This document shows, piece after piece, positions 1 to 9,660 of a DNA stretch of 32,000 nt. Source of the DNA: Acinetobacter wanghuae (GTDB lineage Bacteria; Pseudomonadota; Gammaproteobacteria; Pseudomonadales; Moraxellaceae); assembly GCF_009557235.1 (NCBI RefSeq), contig NZ_CP045650.1, forward strand, positions 1,650,001 to 1,682,000. Direction: 5' to 3'. Numbering within the stretch: the stretch's first letter is position 1; the number at the start of each line of letters is the position of its first letter. Below the pieces are notes generated by a model, which saw nothing but the letters and a program-made list of their open reading frames with translations, did no database searches and was not told the DNA's origin. The position numbers were made by a program, and so were the translations under genes.

Positions 1-982
1 ACTCATGCACTTCACGCTGATTGAGAAAGCGAATTTCATGCTTGGTCGGATGCACATTGACATCAATATTTTCAGGATCAACTTCTAAAAACAGCAAATA
101 AGCTGAATATTGATGCCCATGTAAAATGCCGTCATACGCCATACGTAGTGCATGTGAAATGGTTTTATCTTTGACAATGCGCCCATTCACGTACACATAT
201 TGTAAGTCTGCTTGCGCACGAGCATCGGAGGGATGGCCAAGCCAGCCTGACAAACGCATATTGATACTATCTGAATCAATCCAATAGGCATTTTCAGTGA
301 ACTGGCGACCAAGCAATTGCTGTACACGTTGGAAACGGAGCGCACCACTGTCTGCAACAGGCAAATTCAACTTCACACTGTCATTATGTTCAAGTACAAA
401 ACGGATATCAAAATGGGTCAGTGCCAAACGGCGTACAATTTCTTCAATATGACCAAATTCTGTGCTTGGTTTTTTTAAAAATTTACGACGTGCAGGTACA
501 TTAAAAAATAAATCCTGCACCCGAATTAAAGTGCCTTTTGAAGCCGCTACCGCTTGAATTTCTTGATGATCAAACGCTGTGCCATTCACTTCAACCTGAT
601 AACCAATCCCTTCATCATCTTGACTGCTGACCATCGTTAAACGCGAAACCGCTGCAATGGATGCTAAAGCTTCACCGCGAAAACCGAGACTGGTAATGGC
701 ATAGAGTTCTTCGGCTTTTTGGATTTTACTAGTTGCATGACGCATCACAGCCAAAGATAAATCTTCTGGATGAATACCGCGTCCGTTGTCCTTAATTTCA
801 ATTAAGGTACTACCGCCCTGTTCAATTCGAATGATTAATTCAGTCGCACCGGCATCAATGGAGTTTTCAAGTAATTCCTTGACCACAGATGCGGGGCGTT
901 CAATCACTTCACCTGCCGCGATTTGGTTCGCCAAGGCAGGATCAAGTGAACGAATACGGCGTACGCTTAAATCATCAGACAT
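1..982 (-). CDS. mutL: DNA mismatch repair protein MutL, N-terminal ~327 codons (3' part lies outside the window)
   Basis: Minus-strand translation from the ATG at 982-980 reads MSDDLSVRRIRSLDPALANQIAAGEVIERPASVVKELLENSIDAGA...GFRGEAL (GHKL ATPase motifs). It ends with DVNVHPTKHEIRFLNQREVHE at the window edge. It is absent from the ORF track because it is open at position 1. Confidence 0.92.
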   Translation of the reverse strand, partial: MSDDLSVRRIRSLDPALANQIAAGEVIERPASVVKELLENSIDAGATELIIRIEQGGSTLIEIKDNGRGIHPEDLSLAVMRHATSKIQKAEELYAITSLGFRGEALASIAAVSRLTMVSSQDDEGIGYQVEVNGTAFDHQEIQAVAASKGTLIRVQDLFFNVPARRKFLKKPSTEFGHIEEIVRRLALTHFDIRFVLEHNDSVKLNLPVADSGALRFQRVQQLLGRQFTENAYWIDSDSINMRLSGWLGHPSDARAQADLQYVYVNGRIVKDKTISHALRMAYDGILHGHQYSAYLLFLEVDPENIDVNVHPTKHEIRFLNQREVHE

Positions 983-986
983 GTGA

Positions 987-1451
987 TTATTGCTGCTCCA
1001 ATGCTTGTTTTAATGCTTCATTTGAAAATGTCAGTGTTGCTGAACGTGTCAGTTCATCTTCTGATTTTAAAATTTCAATAATCAAATCTGCTTGTGGAAT
1101 TTCTTCGCCACCTTTTGATGGCCATTCAAACAAAAACAGTGCATTCGGTGTTTCCAAATAATCCCGAATCCCCATCAGTTCCAGCTCATACGGATCATTT
1201 AAACGATACAAGTCAAAATGGAAGATCTCTTTACCTTGTAAGCTATAAGGCTCAACAATAGTATAGGTTGGACTTTTCACCGCACCTTGATGCCCCATTG
1301 CCTGTAGATAATAACGCGTGAGCGTGGTCTTTCCAGCACCTAAATCACCAATCAAATACACCACCCCATCGGTGAAATGATTTGCCAAAATTTTGGCAAG
1401 ATTTTGGGTATCATCTTCATTGTTTAATGTGACATTAAATGAATAAGACAT
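987..1451 (-). CDS. tsaE: tRNA t6A37 biosynthesis ATPase TsaE (YjeE family)
   Basis: P-loop GDLGAGKTTLTR, SPTYTIVEPY and HFDLYRL motifs. I chose the ATG at 1451 (MSYSFNV...), giving about 154 aa. The 196-aa ORF in the track looks like an artificial N-terminal extension. The stop lies 4 nt upstream of the mutL start. Confidence 0.85.
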   Translation of the reverse strand: MSYSFNVTLNNEDDTQNLAKILANHFTDGVVYLIGDLGAGKTTLTRYYLQAMGHQGAVKSPTYTIVEPYSLQGKEIFHFDLYRLNDPYELELMGIRDYLETPNALFLFEWPSKGGEEIPQADLIIEILKSEDELTRSATLTFSNEALKQALEQQ

Positions 1452-1577
1452 ATGACTCACGACATGATGCAAAAGAATAAATATGATAGCATCGCAACGC
1501 CTGAAAAGCCTATTCTGATCCTTCAGAAAATGGTTTTTTTCAGCATATCTGTTTAAGCTTTGAGTGACCCATTCCAC

Positions 1578-2486
1578 ATGACATCACCGCATGAATTTGT
1601 ACCGCCTATGATCAATGGTGTCAGTGCAAGTAAAGTATTTTTAAAAGTCATTACGCCTGAACCTGCTACTGTGTTCGCCTACTTATGTAATGAGTTTCCA
1701 CATATTGCAATACAAGAATGGAAATCGCGTTTTGAAGATGGTTTGGTCTACGATGCATTGGGCAATCATTTAAGTTTAAGCAGTGCTTATCAAGCCAATA
1801 CACATTGTTTTTACTATCGATTCTTAGCACACGAAGTGCATGTACCGTTTGAGCATCACGTCATCTTTGAAAATAAGCATTTTATGGTAGTGGATAAGCC
1901 ACACTTTTTAACCATGAGCCCGACGGGACAATATGTTCAAGAAACACTATTGGTTCGATTAAAAAATCAAACGGGCAATCCCGACTTAACCCCGATTCAT
2001 CGTCTTGACCGCGAAACAGCCGGTATCGTGTTAATTTCAAAATGTGTCGAGTCACGCGGTCTTTATCAGCAGATGTTTGCAACGCGTAATGTACAAAAGA
2101 CCTATCATGCCATTGCAGGCTTTAAAGCAGATTTACATTTTCCGATCACCACACAATTAAGAATGGAAAAAGGTCAGCCTTTCTATACCATGCAAGTGAT
2201 TGAGGGTGAAGCCAATAGCGAAACGCTTATCGAATTACTCGAACATGATCAACATCGCGCAAAATATTTACTGAAACCACATACGGGTAAACAGCATCAG
2301 TTGCGTGTGCATTTAAATCATTTAGGCATTCCCATTGAGAATGATCCTTTATATCCACATGTGGCACACAAAGCTGAAGATGATTTTTCAGCACCGCTAC
2401 AACTCTTAGCCAAGCATATTCAATTTCAAGATCCAGTGACATCAGAGATCATGCAATTTAGTTCTCAGCGTGAATTGACACTGTAA
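1578..2486 (+). CDS. RluA-family pseudouridine synthase
   Basis: HRLDRETAGIVL catalytic Asp motif, KTYHAI, and PHTGKQHQLRVHLNHLGIPIENDPLY. I prefer the ATG at 1578 over the TTG at 1560. The gene is divergent from tsaE. Confidence 0.8.
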   Translation: MTSPHEFVPPMINGVSASKVFLKVITPEPATVFAYLCNEFPHIAIQEWKSRFEDGLVYDALGNHLSLSSAYQANTHCFYYRFLAHEVHVPFEHHVIFENKHFMVVDKPHFLTMSPTGQYVQETLLVRLKNQTGNPDLTPIHRLDRETAGIVLISKCVESRGLYQQMFATRNVQKTYHAIAGFKADLHFPITTQLRMEKGQPFYTMQVIEGEANSETLIELLEHDQHRAKYLLKPHTGKQHQLRVHLNHLGIPIENDPLYPHVAHKAEDDFSAPLQLLAKHIQFQDPVTSEIMQFSSQRELTL

Positions 2487-2599
2487 TGTATTTGTCATTA
2501 CTATTTATTTTGCACTTTCTATAGCATAAAGATTGAATTTCAGTTGCAATGGATTAGAATAAATGCGAAAAGTTAAGTAATTTAAAGCTTTGAAAAATT

Positions 2600-2947
2600 A
2601 TGAGAAAAACTGAAGTCTATCAAGTTCGTCTTGACTCTCAAGAAAAGAAGCAAGCCTTTGCTGTTTTTAAGCAATTGGGGATTACACCGGCACAAGCGGT
2701 GCGTCTTTTTTTCAAACAGGTGGTGCTGACTAAGTCCATCCCCTTCTCGATTGAAAATCAGAGTATCAACCTTGAGCAATTAATTAAGCTTCGCAAACTG
2801 AAACAAGGCGAAGCCAAAGTTGATGCATCTGGTCATGTGATTGAAGATTCCGCAGAACAACATGATGCAGAGGCACATACTGATGATGATCACTTTGATT
2901 TATTTGAGGAACTGAACGCTATTTTAGGTGAGAGTGACAAAACTTAA
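2600..2947 (+). CDS. RelB/DinJ-like ribbon-helix-helix antitoxin-family protein with a long acidic C-terminal tail
   Basis: The N-terminus VYQVRLDSQEKKQAFAVFKQLGITPAQAVRLFFKQVVLTKSIPF resembles DinJ, from my recollection of the family. The tail is rich in D/E/H. No RelE/YafQ-like gene is adjacent. Confidence 0.6.
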   Translation: MRKTEVYQVRLDSQEKKQAFAVFKQLGITPAQAVRLFFKQVVLTKSIPFSIENQSINLEQLIKLRKLKQGEAKVDASGHVIEDSAEQHDAEAHTDDDHFDLFEELNAILGESDKT

Positions 2948-3042
2948 CACTGTCGCATTTTCAAACAATTTATCACGCATCTCGTGTGCTAATTTCGCTA
3001 TGCTTCATGCTGAAAACACAATAATAATGCATGGAGTATTCA

Positions 3043-3486
3043 ATGATCGTCCGTCGTGCCAAAGCCCAAGATTTACCCAAACTCAATATCTTATTTGACG
3101 AATACCGCCAATTTTATGGTGCATCCTCTCAGTTAGCTCTTTCTTTAAGCTTCTTAGAGCAACGCTTTAGAGATAATCAGACGGTCATTTTTATTAATAC
3201 CAAGGATGATCTGTTTACTGGTTTTATTTTACTTTATATGGGATTTTCCTCGGTCGCATGTTCAACGTATTACATTTTAGATGATGTCTATGTCAGCCCT
3301 GCTTTTAGGCGTCAAGGCGCTGCCAAGCAACTGATCGATACTGCAATTTTGTTTGCAAAAAACGAAAATGCCCTGCGAATTAGTTTAGAAACCCAAAAAA
3401 ATAATGAAAAATCCCACAGACTCTATGAATCTATGGGATTTATAAAAGATGATGAATTCCAAACCTATCACTGTTTCTTAAAATAA
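3043..3486 (+). CDS. GNAT-family N-acetyltransferase
   Basis: Acetyl-CoA binding motif VSPAFRRQGAAKQLI and the C-terminal NNEKSHRLYESMGF. GGAG at 3033-3036 favours the ATG at 3043. An alternative ATG is at 3031. Confidence 0.8.
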   Translation: MIVRRAKAQDLPKLNILFDEYRQFYGASSQLALSLSFLEQRFRDNQTVIFINTKDDLFTGFILLYMGFSSVACSTYYILDDVYVSPAFRRQGAAKQLIDTAILFAKNENALRISLETQKNNEKSHRLYESMGFIKDDEFQTYHCFLK

Positions 3487-3519
3487 AGATTTGAACATCT
3501 ATATGCTGTGTTTAAGCTT

Positions 3520-4230
3520 TTAGAGCTTTGATCTAAACTTAGCTTGCTCTATTTGTTCCGCATTTAGATGAATCCACTCACCTTCAGGCAAATCATTTAA
3601 CGTCAACTGACCAATTTGTGCACGATGCAATTTTTCGACTTTATTGCCCACTGCTGCAATCATACGTTTTACCTGATGATAAACCCCCTGATGAATGGTC
3701 ATTTGCAGACCCTTTTCATCTAAACGCATAACCTCTGTTGCAGCAAAAATACCCTCTTCATTGCGCAGTTCAACGCCTTGTGTCAATTGTCGTACTTGTT
3801 CATCAGTTACAACATCAGCAACTTCCATTTGGTAGACTTTTGCAACATGCTTTTTAGGATGGGTCAGTGCTTGTAAAAACTGACCATCGTCGGTCAATAA
3901 TAATAAACCTGTGGTGTCTTGATCTAAACGCCCGACACATTGAATACCACGGTTCATCGAAACATCATCAAATAAATCAAAAACGCTAAAATGATGAGTG
4001 GCTTGATGCGAGCATTCATAACCTTGTGGCTTATTTAAAGCAATATAAAGATGTTCGCGATAGGTATACGGTTTGCCATACACTTCAAAATTAGGTTGAG
4101 TTAAATCTAGTTTATGTTTTGGATTAGTGATGATTTCATCTTGGATGGAAAATGCACCATTTTTAATCAGTTGCTGGCAATGTTTGCGTGAACCAAAACC
4201 TTGTGACTGCAACATTCTTTCCAACAACAT
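3520..4230 (-). CDS. rsuA: 16S rRNA pseudouridine synthase, RsuA family (S4 domain plus catalytic domain)
   Basis: LNKPQGYECS, GRLDQDTTGLLLLTDDGQ and GVYHQVKRMIAAVGNKV align with the E. coli RsuA layout as I recall it. Confidence 0.8.
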   Translation of the reverse strand: MLLERMLQSQGFGSRKHCQQLIKNGAFSIQDEIITNPKHKLDLTQPNFEVYGKPYTYREHLYIALNKPQGYECSHQATHHFSVFDLFDDVSMNRGIQCVGRLDQDTTGLLLLTDDGQFLQALTHPKKHVAKVYQMEVADVVTDEQVRQLTQGVELRNEEGIFAATEVMRLDEKGLQMTIHQGVYHQVKRMIAAVGNKVEKLHRAQIGQLTLNDLPEGEWIHLNAEQIEQAKFRSKL

Positions 4231-4362
4231 CTTTTATGACCTATAAACTGAAATAAGCGCTTATTCTAACTGAAAATCGCGTTCATTGATCAGTACATGC
4301 TGGATTCATTGTTGCACGCGAACAGGCTACAATAGCCGCATTGTTCTTTTGCTCTCCCGCTC

Positions 4363-4815
4363 ATGTCGCAACTTGATTTCAATCTCTTAGTTTTACTGAT
4401 TTTATTGGCATGTGGCATTTTTAGCCATAATAATGCAGTGACGATTGCAGCAGCCGTTTTAATTATTCTAAAAATCACACCGCTAAGCCAATTTATGCCT
4501 TATGTACAAGCACATGGCTTAAACATTGGTATTATCATTTTAACCATTGGGGTATTAAGTCCGATTGCCAGTGGAAAAATTTCAGGTGAAAGTATTTTAA
4601 AATCTTTCCTGAGCTGGAAGTCTTTGTTAGCAATTGCGATTGGTGTGTTTGTAGCGTGGCTCGGTGGACGTGGTGTCAAGCTGATGGGGAATCAGCCTGA
4701 CATTGTGGCAGGTTTGCTTTTAGGTACGGTTGCTGGTGTTGCCCTGCTACGTGGAGTCCCTGTCGGGCCGCTAATTGCAGCAGGGATATTATCTTTGCTG
4801 ATTGGTACCAAATAG
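4363..4815 (+). CDS. UPF0756/DUF441 (YeaL-like) inner membrane protein
   Basis: Four or five hydrophobic helices. [21 protein letters not shown]...[22 protein letters not shown] matches the YeaL family pattern. Confidence 0.75.
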   Translation: MSQLDFNLLVLLILLACGIFSHNNAVTIAAAVLIILKITPLSQFMPYVQAHGLNIGIIILTIGVLSPIASGKISGESILKSFLSWKSLLAIAIGVFVAWLGGRGVKLMGNQPDIVAGLLLGTVAGVALLRGVPVGPLIAAGILSLLIGTK

Positions 4816-4937
4816 ATCAGCACAGCTCTTCAATTCATACAAGACTCAAGTAGCATTAATGTTGATGCTGAGATTAAGCAGATGTAAATTCTGAGTTTCT
4901 TTTTTGAGCAACCCTATCATATATAAAATATCACCCA

Positions 4938-6653
4938 TCACTCCACGAAGAGTAATGCTAAACGCACTTGGTCATAGCCCATACGTGGTGTGGTTAATTC
5001 CACAATTGGACGCAATTTAATCGAGCCATCATCGTTAAAATGATCTGGGCTTTTACGCTTAATGAGACGTTTATAAATTTTCCGGACTTGCTCAACCACT
5101 TCTTCACCCGGACTGGCCACAGAAATATCCAAGCCTTGTTCTTTATGCAAACGTCCTAAATGATTAATAATGGTCGCAGGCGTTAAACCACGTTCTGTTG
5201 CAATATCTGAAATTTCATAGCCTTCTTCAAACAATTCTTTGGTTTCATCTAAAGTGGCTGATGCATAATTTTGCTTGCCCGAACTGCGCGCTATTTTTTT
5301 CTCATTGCGTTCAATTTCAACATCATTCAATGTGCCACCACAATGACGAATAAAGGCTTTGTGCTGTGGGGTTAAATCAATATTTTCGAAATGATCCTCA
5401 GCTTCGTTCGATAACTCTTGAAAACGACGATCGGCTTTAATCGCAAGACTATCTAACTCTAAAGCCTGTTCATTAAAGCCTTTGAGTCTTAAACCATCTA
5501 AACTTTTTAAACGCGACAAAGCCACGTAACCTTGCCCATTTTCGAAGGTATGGCTGAGATCAATTTCCGCAGCTTCAAGTGTCATCCCTTGTGATTTATG
5601 AATGGTAATTGCCCATGCTAAACGTAAGGGAATTTGCTGAAAACTGGCAATTGTCTTACCGGCATCGTTATCCACTGACCATGTTTCAGGTTCAACCAAT
5701 AAGGTCGTGCCATCGGTGATTTTCACTTTCGGTAAGATGCCATATTCGTCATCTTCTTCAAAACTGATGACTTCACCCAAACTGCCATTGATATATCCCA
5801 TATCAAAGTTATTTTTTACAAACATCACTTTGGCATGTTTTTTTAGAGTCAGTGACTCAGGTGCACGTACCGATGATTTTAGGGTTTCAATCAGTTTTTC
5901 ATTACCATCACATTGTGCATCAAATTGACGTGGATCATTATCAATTTCATTCAAATGCTTATAATTAATGCTATCGACGTCCATATTATGCGTGTACAAG
6001 CGCGTATAGGTCTCGCCAATATTTTGATGGCGCGTACCTTGTAAAGCAGCACGATGTTCATCAGTGATGGCTTGCGCACGAATAGCATTCAAGATGTCAT
6101 TTAAATAATCATTGCCCTGACGATGCTGCTCAGTTAAATAGCAGACACGGAATTTTGCTTCCACCCAAGCGTCAGACATGAAACAGAATTTATCGCGATT
6201 ACGTTCATCATTACGACCGACAGGCGGTAACTGAAAGAAGTCACCAGCAACAATGACTTGGATCCCGCCAAAAGGCTCATCGCTGTCTTTAAAAAACTTA
6301 AGCACTTTATTTACAAGATTGAGTTGCTTGGCATGTAGCATTGAAATTTCATCAATGATGAGTACCTGTGCATTTTCTAAATGTTCTTTTAAGTATTTAC
6401 GTTCTTTCATGCGCTTCATATCGTCTTCGGATAAGAAGTCTTTAATGCCAATCCCTGCCCATGTATGAATCGTCATGCCATTCATATGCGTTGCAGCAAT
6501 ACCTGTAGAGGCAGTAATGGCAACAGCGACCTTACGAGCTTTTAAATAATTGATGTATTGATTCAGCGTATAGGTTTTCCCCGCACCAGCAGAACCTGTC
6601 AAAAATACATTTTCTCCTGCTTTTAATAACTTAAGTGCAGTTTCCTGTTTCAT
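4938..6653 (-). CDS. SF1B PIF1/RecD-like DNA helicase with C-terminal helix-turn-helix domain
   Basis: Walker A GSAGAGKTY, Walker B LIIDEISML, GDFFQLPPV, EQHRQ and TIHKSQGMT. The C-terminal ISDIATERGLTPATIINHL looks like an HTH (HTH_40-like). Confidence 0.85.
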   Translation of the reverse strand: MKQETALKLLKAGENVFLTGSAGAGKTYTLNQYINYLKARKVAVAITASTGIAATHMNGMTIHTWAGIGIKDFLSEDDMKRMKERKYLKEHLENAQVLIIDEISMLHAKQLNLVNKVLKFFKDSDEPFGGIQVIVAGDFFQLPPVGRNDERNRDKFCFMSDAWVEAKFRVCYLTEQHRQGNDYLNDILNAIRAQAITDEHRAALQGTRHQNIGETYTRLYTHNMDVDSINYKHLNEIDNDPRQFDAQCDGNEKLIETLKSSVRAPESLTLKKHAKVMFVKNNFDMGYINGSLGEVISFEEDDEYGILPKVKITDGTTLLVEPETWSVDNDAGKTIASFQQIPLRLAWAITIHKSQGMTLEAAEIDLSHTFENGQGYVALSRLKSLDGLRLKGFNEQALELDSLAIKADRRFQELSNEAEDHFENIDLTPQHKAFIRHCGGTLNDVEIERNEKKIARSSGKQNYASATLDETKELFEEGYEISDIATERGLTPATIINHLGRLHKEQGLDISVASPGEEVVEQVRKIYKRLIKRKSPDHFNDDGSIKLRPIVELTTPRMGYDQVRLALLFVE

Positions 6654-6733
6654 AGAACCAATACCGTAAAAGAACGGCTATAGCCTAACGATTTTTACAA
6701 CAAAAGTTAAGCGCAGATATTTTAAATAACCGA

Positions 6734-8746
6734 TCAGCACGACGAACTTGGTCGCTGATTAAACTCATGTATGAAATGAATCGCGATATTACAGTATTCC
6801 AATTCTGCTTTTTGATTATTGGCATATTCCAATTGATCGAACACCAAGCTGTGATCACGTAAATGACAGCCCAATAATAACGGCACTCGCATTTCTGCAT
6901 GTGTCATATAAAATACGACATACTCACCTTCAATAATGCGCTGCGCATAACTTGCAGCTAAACAGTTTCGAAATATTTTAGCTGTTTCAATGATGTGATC
7001 GATGCTTTTAATTTCTTCAAAGGTCCAATTAAAGTAATTTAGCGTTTTTTCTTGCGTCAATGTTTGCCAACGCGCGAGCGCAAAGTCTTTTTTAAGTTTG
7101 GCAATAATTTCTTGTTTTTGAATCGTGTCGTGCCATTCAACGGCTTGGTTAAATAAACCATTCCACGTTAAGCTTTTCGGTACATCTTTATGACTAGAAA
7201 AATAATCTGATAAATAATCACGGACATAACTGTCAAAAATAGACTCTCTGACATTACCTTGTTGCAAATAAAAACGTTTACGGAAGTCATTGATTTGAAT
7301 ATGGTAGCGTTGCAATACGCTATGAAAATCCCGATTTTGCTGCGTATGCGGTCGAATATATCGGATCGCTTCTTCGGGTAAATCTTGAGTGACTTTCAGC
7401 AAATGCTGCATATATGCCTGCATGACCCGGCTTAAACCGGTATACACCTTCTTCACCACCACATCATCCATTTTCACGACATCGCGGATCAAGCCAATCC
7501 ATTCATCTAAATATAAAATAGAAGGACTAATAGCAACACGATGATCATCAATCGCTTGGCGAGTGCCTTTTAACACCACCGATTGATTATTGGAATGTTG
7601 AAACCAACGCTCCTGAATTGCCATATGATGCGCACGATGAATAAACAAGCGGGCTGAGGCATATTGAAAATATTGCAAGGTGGAGAGAATAATTTGCGGA
7701 TGAATTCGATTGGTATCTAGAAAGCTCATGGCAGTTACAGCAACACGTACACTGCTGTGCTGAATATTGGCACTTAACCAATCAAGCACCTCAGAAGACT
7801 GTTTAAAGAGCCAATTGACCGCACGATTGCAATCAAATAACGGAAGTTTCGCAACTTTTTTTTGCCATAAACTCGCATTCGCTTCTAAAAAATTCTTTTT
7901 GGCTAACAAATTATCCTGCTGCCAAAAGTTACGGTTCATCAAGCGCACAAAACCAAGCATATTGTTATGTTCAAGCGCATGCTGAAATAACAGTTCGACA
8001 TCATCTACATGCTCATTTAATTCATGTAAATTAAAGCGCTCTTCAAAAGACAAACTCATAATGCGATAAATAGCAGGATTTAAAAATTGCCCTGCACTAA
8101 AACAAAATTCATCCAAGCTATCCATCAAACTTTGCACTGATAAAAAATGTGTATCGTGTAAATAATCTAAAGAGAAAAGCCCTTGCATCATTTCTGAAAT
8201 ATCTTCAGGAATAGGCTCTTGATGCAAAACGTGCTGAATCATGATGGGCTTTTTATAAAAGCCTTCTTTCATCATCAGATGATCGATAATATCCGCTTGC
8301 ACGGTCGATAAATGGTCAAAAAAAGCCGTTACACGCGCTCGCCCATTGACCCATTGATAGACCTCATCAATGATCATTTGACGTAAATACTGCGCTTTAT
8401 CTCTGAGAAAAATCGAATGCTGCGGCTTTTGATCACCGGTTAAAAAATATAAATCCTGTAGGAAAAATTCTTCTAAAGATTCTGATGAATATTGAGCTGC
8501 ATAAAAATTAGCAAGTTGTTGGGCTTGCTGCTTATGCATACTGCGCGGGGTATGAAATTGCAGTTCAAATAAACCATTCAGCAGCACAACACCATGCTGA
8601 TCATGATTGATCCTAAACATATTTTGAGCAGTCAGATTCCCAACAATCGCCAATTGATCTTGATAAATCTCATGTAGACTTTGCGAAATCCGCGTCAATT
8701 GTTTAGCGAGTTGTTGATATTGCGTTAATAGACCTTCCTGTTCCAT
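6734..8746 (-). CDS. 670-aa protein of unknown function; the C-terminal ~150 aa resemble the PcfJ-like domain
   Basis: Long uninterrupted ORF with AAGGTG upstream of the ATG. The C-terminus ...FRNCLAASYAQRIIEGEYVVFYMTH...LLLGCHL...QLEYANNQKA resembles the PcfJ family pattern, by recollection only and without an HMM search. The N-terminal 500 aa have no motif I recognise. Confidence 0.6.
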   Translation of the reverse strand: MEQEGLLTQYQQLAKQLTRISQSLHEIYQDQLAIVGNLTAQNMFRINHDQHGVVLLNGLFELQFHTPRSMHKQQAQQLANFYAAQYSSESLEEFFLQDLYFLTGDQKPQHSIFLRDKAQYLRQMIIDEVYQWVNGRARVTAFFDHLSTVQADIIDHLMMKEGFYKKPIMIQHVLHQEPIPEDISEMMQGLFSLDYLHDTHFLSVQSLMDSLDEFCFSAGQFLNPAIYRIMSLSFEERFNLHELNEHVDDVELLFQHALEHNNMLGFVRLMNRNFWQQDNLLAKKNFLEANASLWQKKVAKLPLFDCNRAVNWLFKQSSEVLDWLSANIQHSSVRVAVTAMSFLDTNRIHPQIILSTLQYFQYASARLFIHRAHHMAIQERWFQHSNNQSVVLKGTRQAIDDHRVAISPSILYLDEWIGLIRDVVKMDDVVVKKVYTGLSRVMQAYMQHLLKVTQDLPEEAIRYIRPHTQQNRDFHSVLQRYHIQINDFRKRFYLQQGNVRESIFDSYVRDYLSDYFSSHKDVPKSLTWNGLFNQAVEWHDTIQKQEIIAKLKKDFALARWQTLTQEKTLNYFNWTFEEIKSIDHIIETAKIFRNCLAASYAQRIIEGEYVVFYMTHAEMRVPLLLGCHLRDHSLVFDQLEYANNQKAELEYCNIAIHFIHEFNQRPSSSC

Positions 8747-8882
8747 ACACGCACCTTTTCATCATGTCTCACTCATATTAAATCATATTCAGCATTTTAA
8801 ACACTGTATAGAGCAACTCACCAAAGCTTAAAACAAAACGCACAGAATAGCTAAACGACAGCCACAATCGTTATCACAACGT

Positions 8883-9650
8883 TTAAAAGCGTTCAGGATG
8901 ATCGAGATGTCTTTGCTGTTTTAAAGTTTCAATACCGTTATAAATGGTGTATTGGAGTTGTTCTCGATATTCAATTAGCTGTTCTTGAGTTTGAATATGC
9001 GCAATGGACTGACGCGCTAGAAACTGAAAATAAAAAGGTAAGCGTTTGGGAATCACATTTTTAGGCAAAGATGGAATCACTTCACCGTGACGTAATAATT
9101 GATCAAGCTTCGGTATTTTTAATAATTTTTTAAAATATTTATTGTCTGTAATGGTCTTTGCATCCAAGCCAATCTCAAATAGTTCATCGCCCCCTAAGGC
9201 AGCAAATGGCACGATGTCATATTGAAATTCTTGCGCAAGCTTTAAAAAGCCATAGCGTTCTTTCCAAATCAGTTGATATTGCTCGCCTTCATGTTTGGAT
9301 ACTTCGCGCCCGCCCCCCGGAAACACCAAAATCGAATAGCCTTGGCGCATCACTTCACGTACGTATTCGCGCACACCATCAATCGCGCCAAATTTTTTAA
9401 AAATCTCACGCCACAGTGGCACATAAAAATGGCTATGATCCGCAATGCTGACCACAGCCACTTTATGTTCATTAAACAGATAGTCCACGATAATCGGTGA
9501 ATCAAACACCCCATAAATGGAATGATTACCGACGTACATCGCAGGCTTAGACGCATCAATATGTTCTGCGCCTAAAAACGTGGGCGTGAAATACAACTTG
9601 GACAGTGCTGTAAAGCGTTTAATCCATTTTGCATCATGCCCAAGTTGCAT
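8883..9650 (-). CDS. Acyltransferase (lysophospholipid acyltransferase / PlsC-DGAT2-like superfamily)
   Basis: GNHSIYGVFD and VFPGGGREV blocks. The start is 10 bp downstream of the KASIII stop, so the two are probably co-transcribed. Confidence 0.6.
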   Translation of the reverse strand: MQLGHDAKWIKRFTALSKLYFTPTFLGAEHIDASKPAMYVGNHSIYGVFDSPIIVDYLFNEHKVAVVSIADHSHFYVPLWREIFKKFGAIDGVREYVREVMRQGYSILVFPGGGREVSKHEGEQYQLIWKERYGFLKLAQEFQYDIVPFAALGGDELFEIGLDAKTITDNKYFKKLLKIPKLDQLLRHGEVIPSLPKNVIPKRLPFYFQFLARQSIAHIQTQEQLIEYREQLQYTIYNGIETLKQQRHLDHPERF

Positions 9651-9660
9651 GTCTTAACCC

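Noticed and set aside
1452-1577. Long N-terminal extensions in the ORF track for tsaE (to 1577) and queG (from 23406)
   Set aside because: The extensions add non-conserved residues and overlap the neighbouring divergent genes. Internal ATGs at 1451 and 23484 give proteins of the normal family length and N-terminus.
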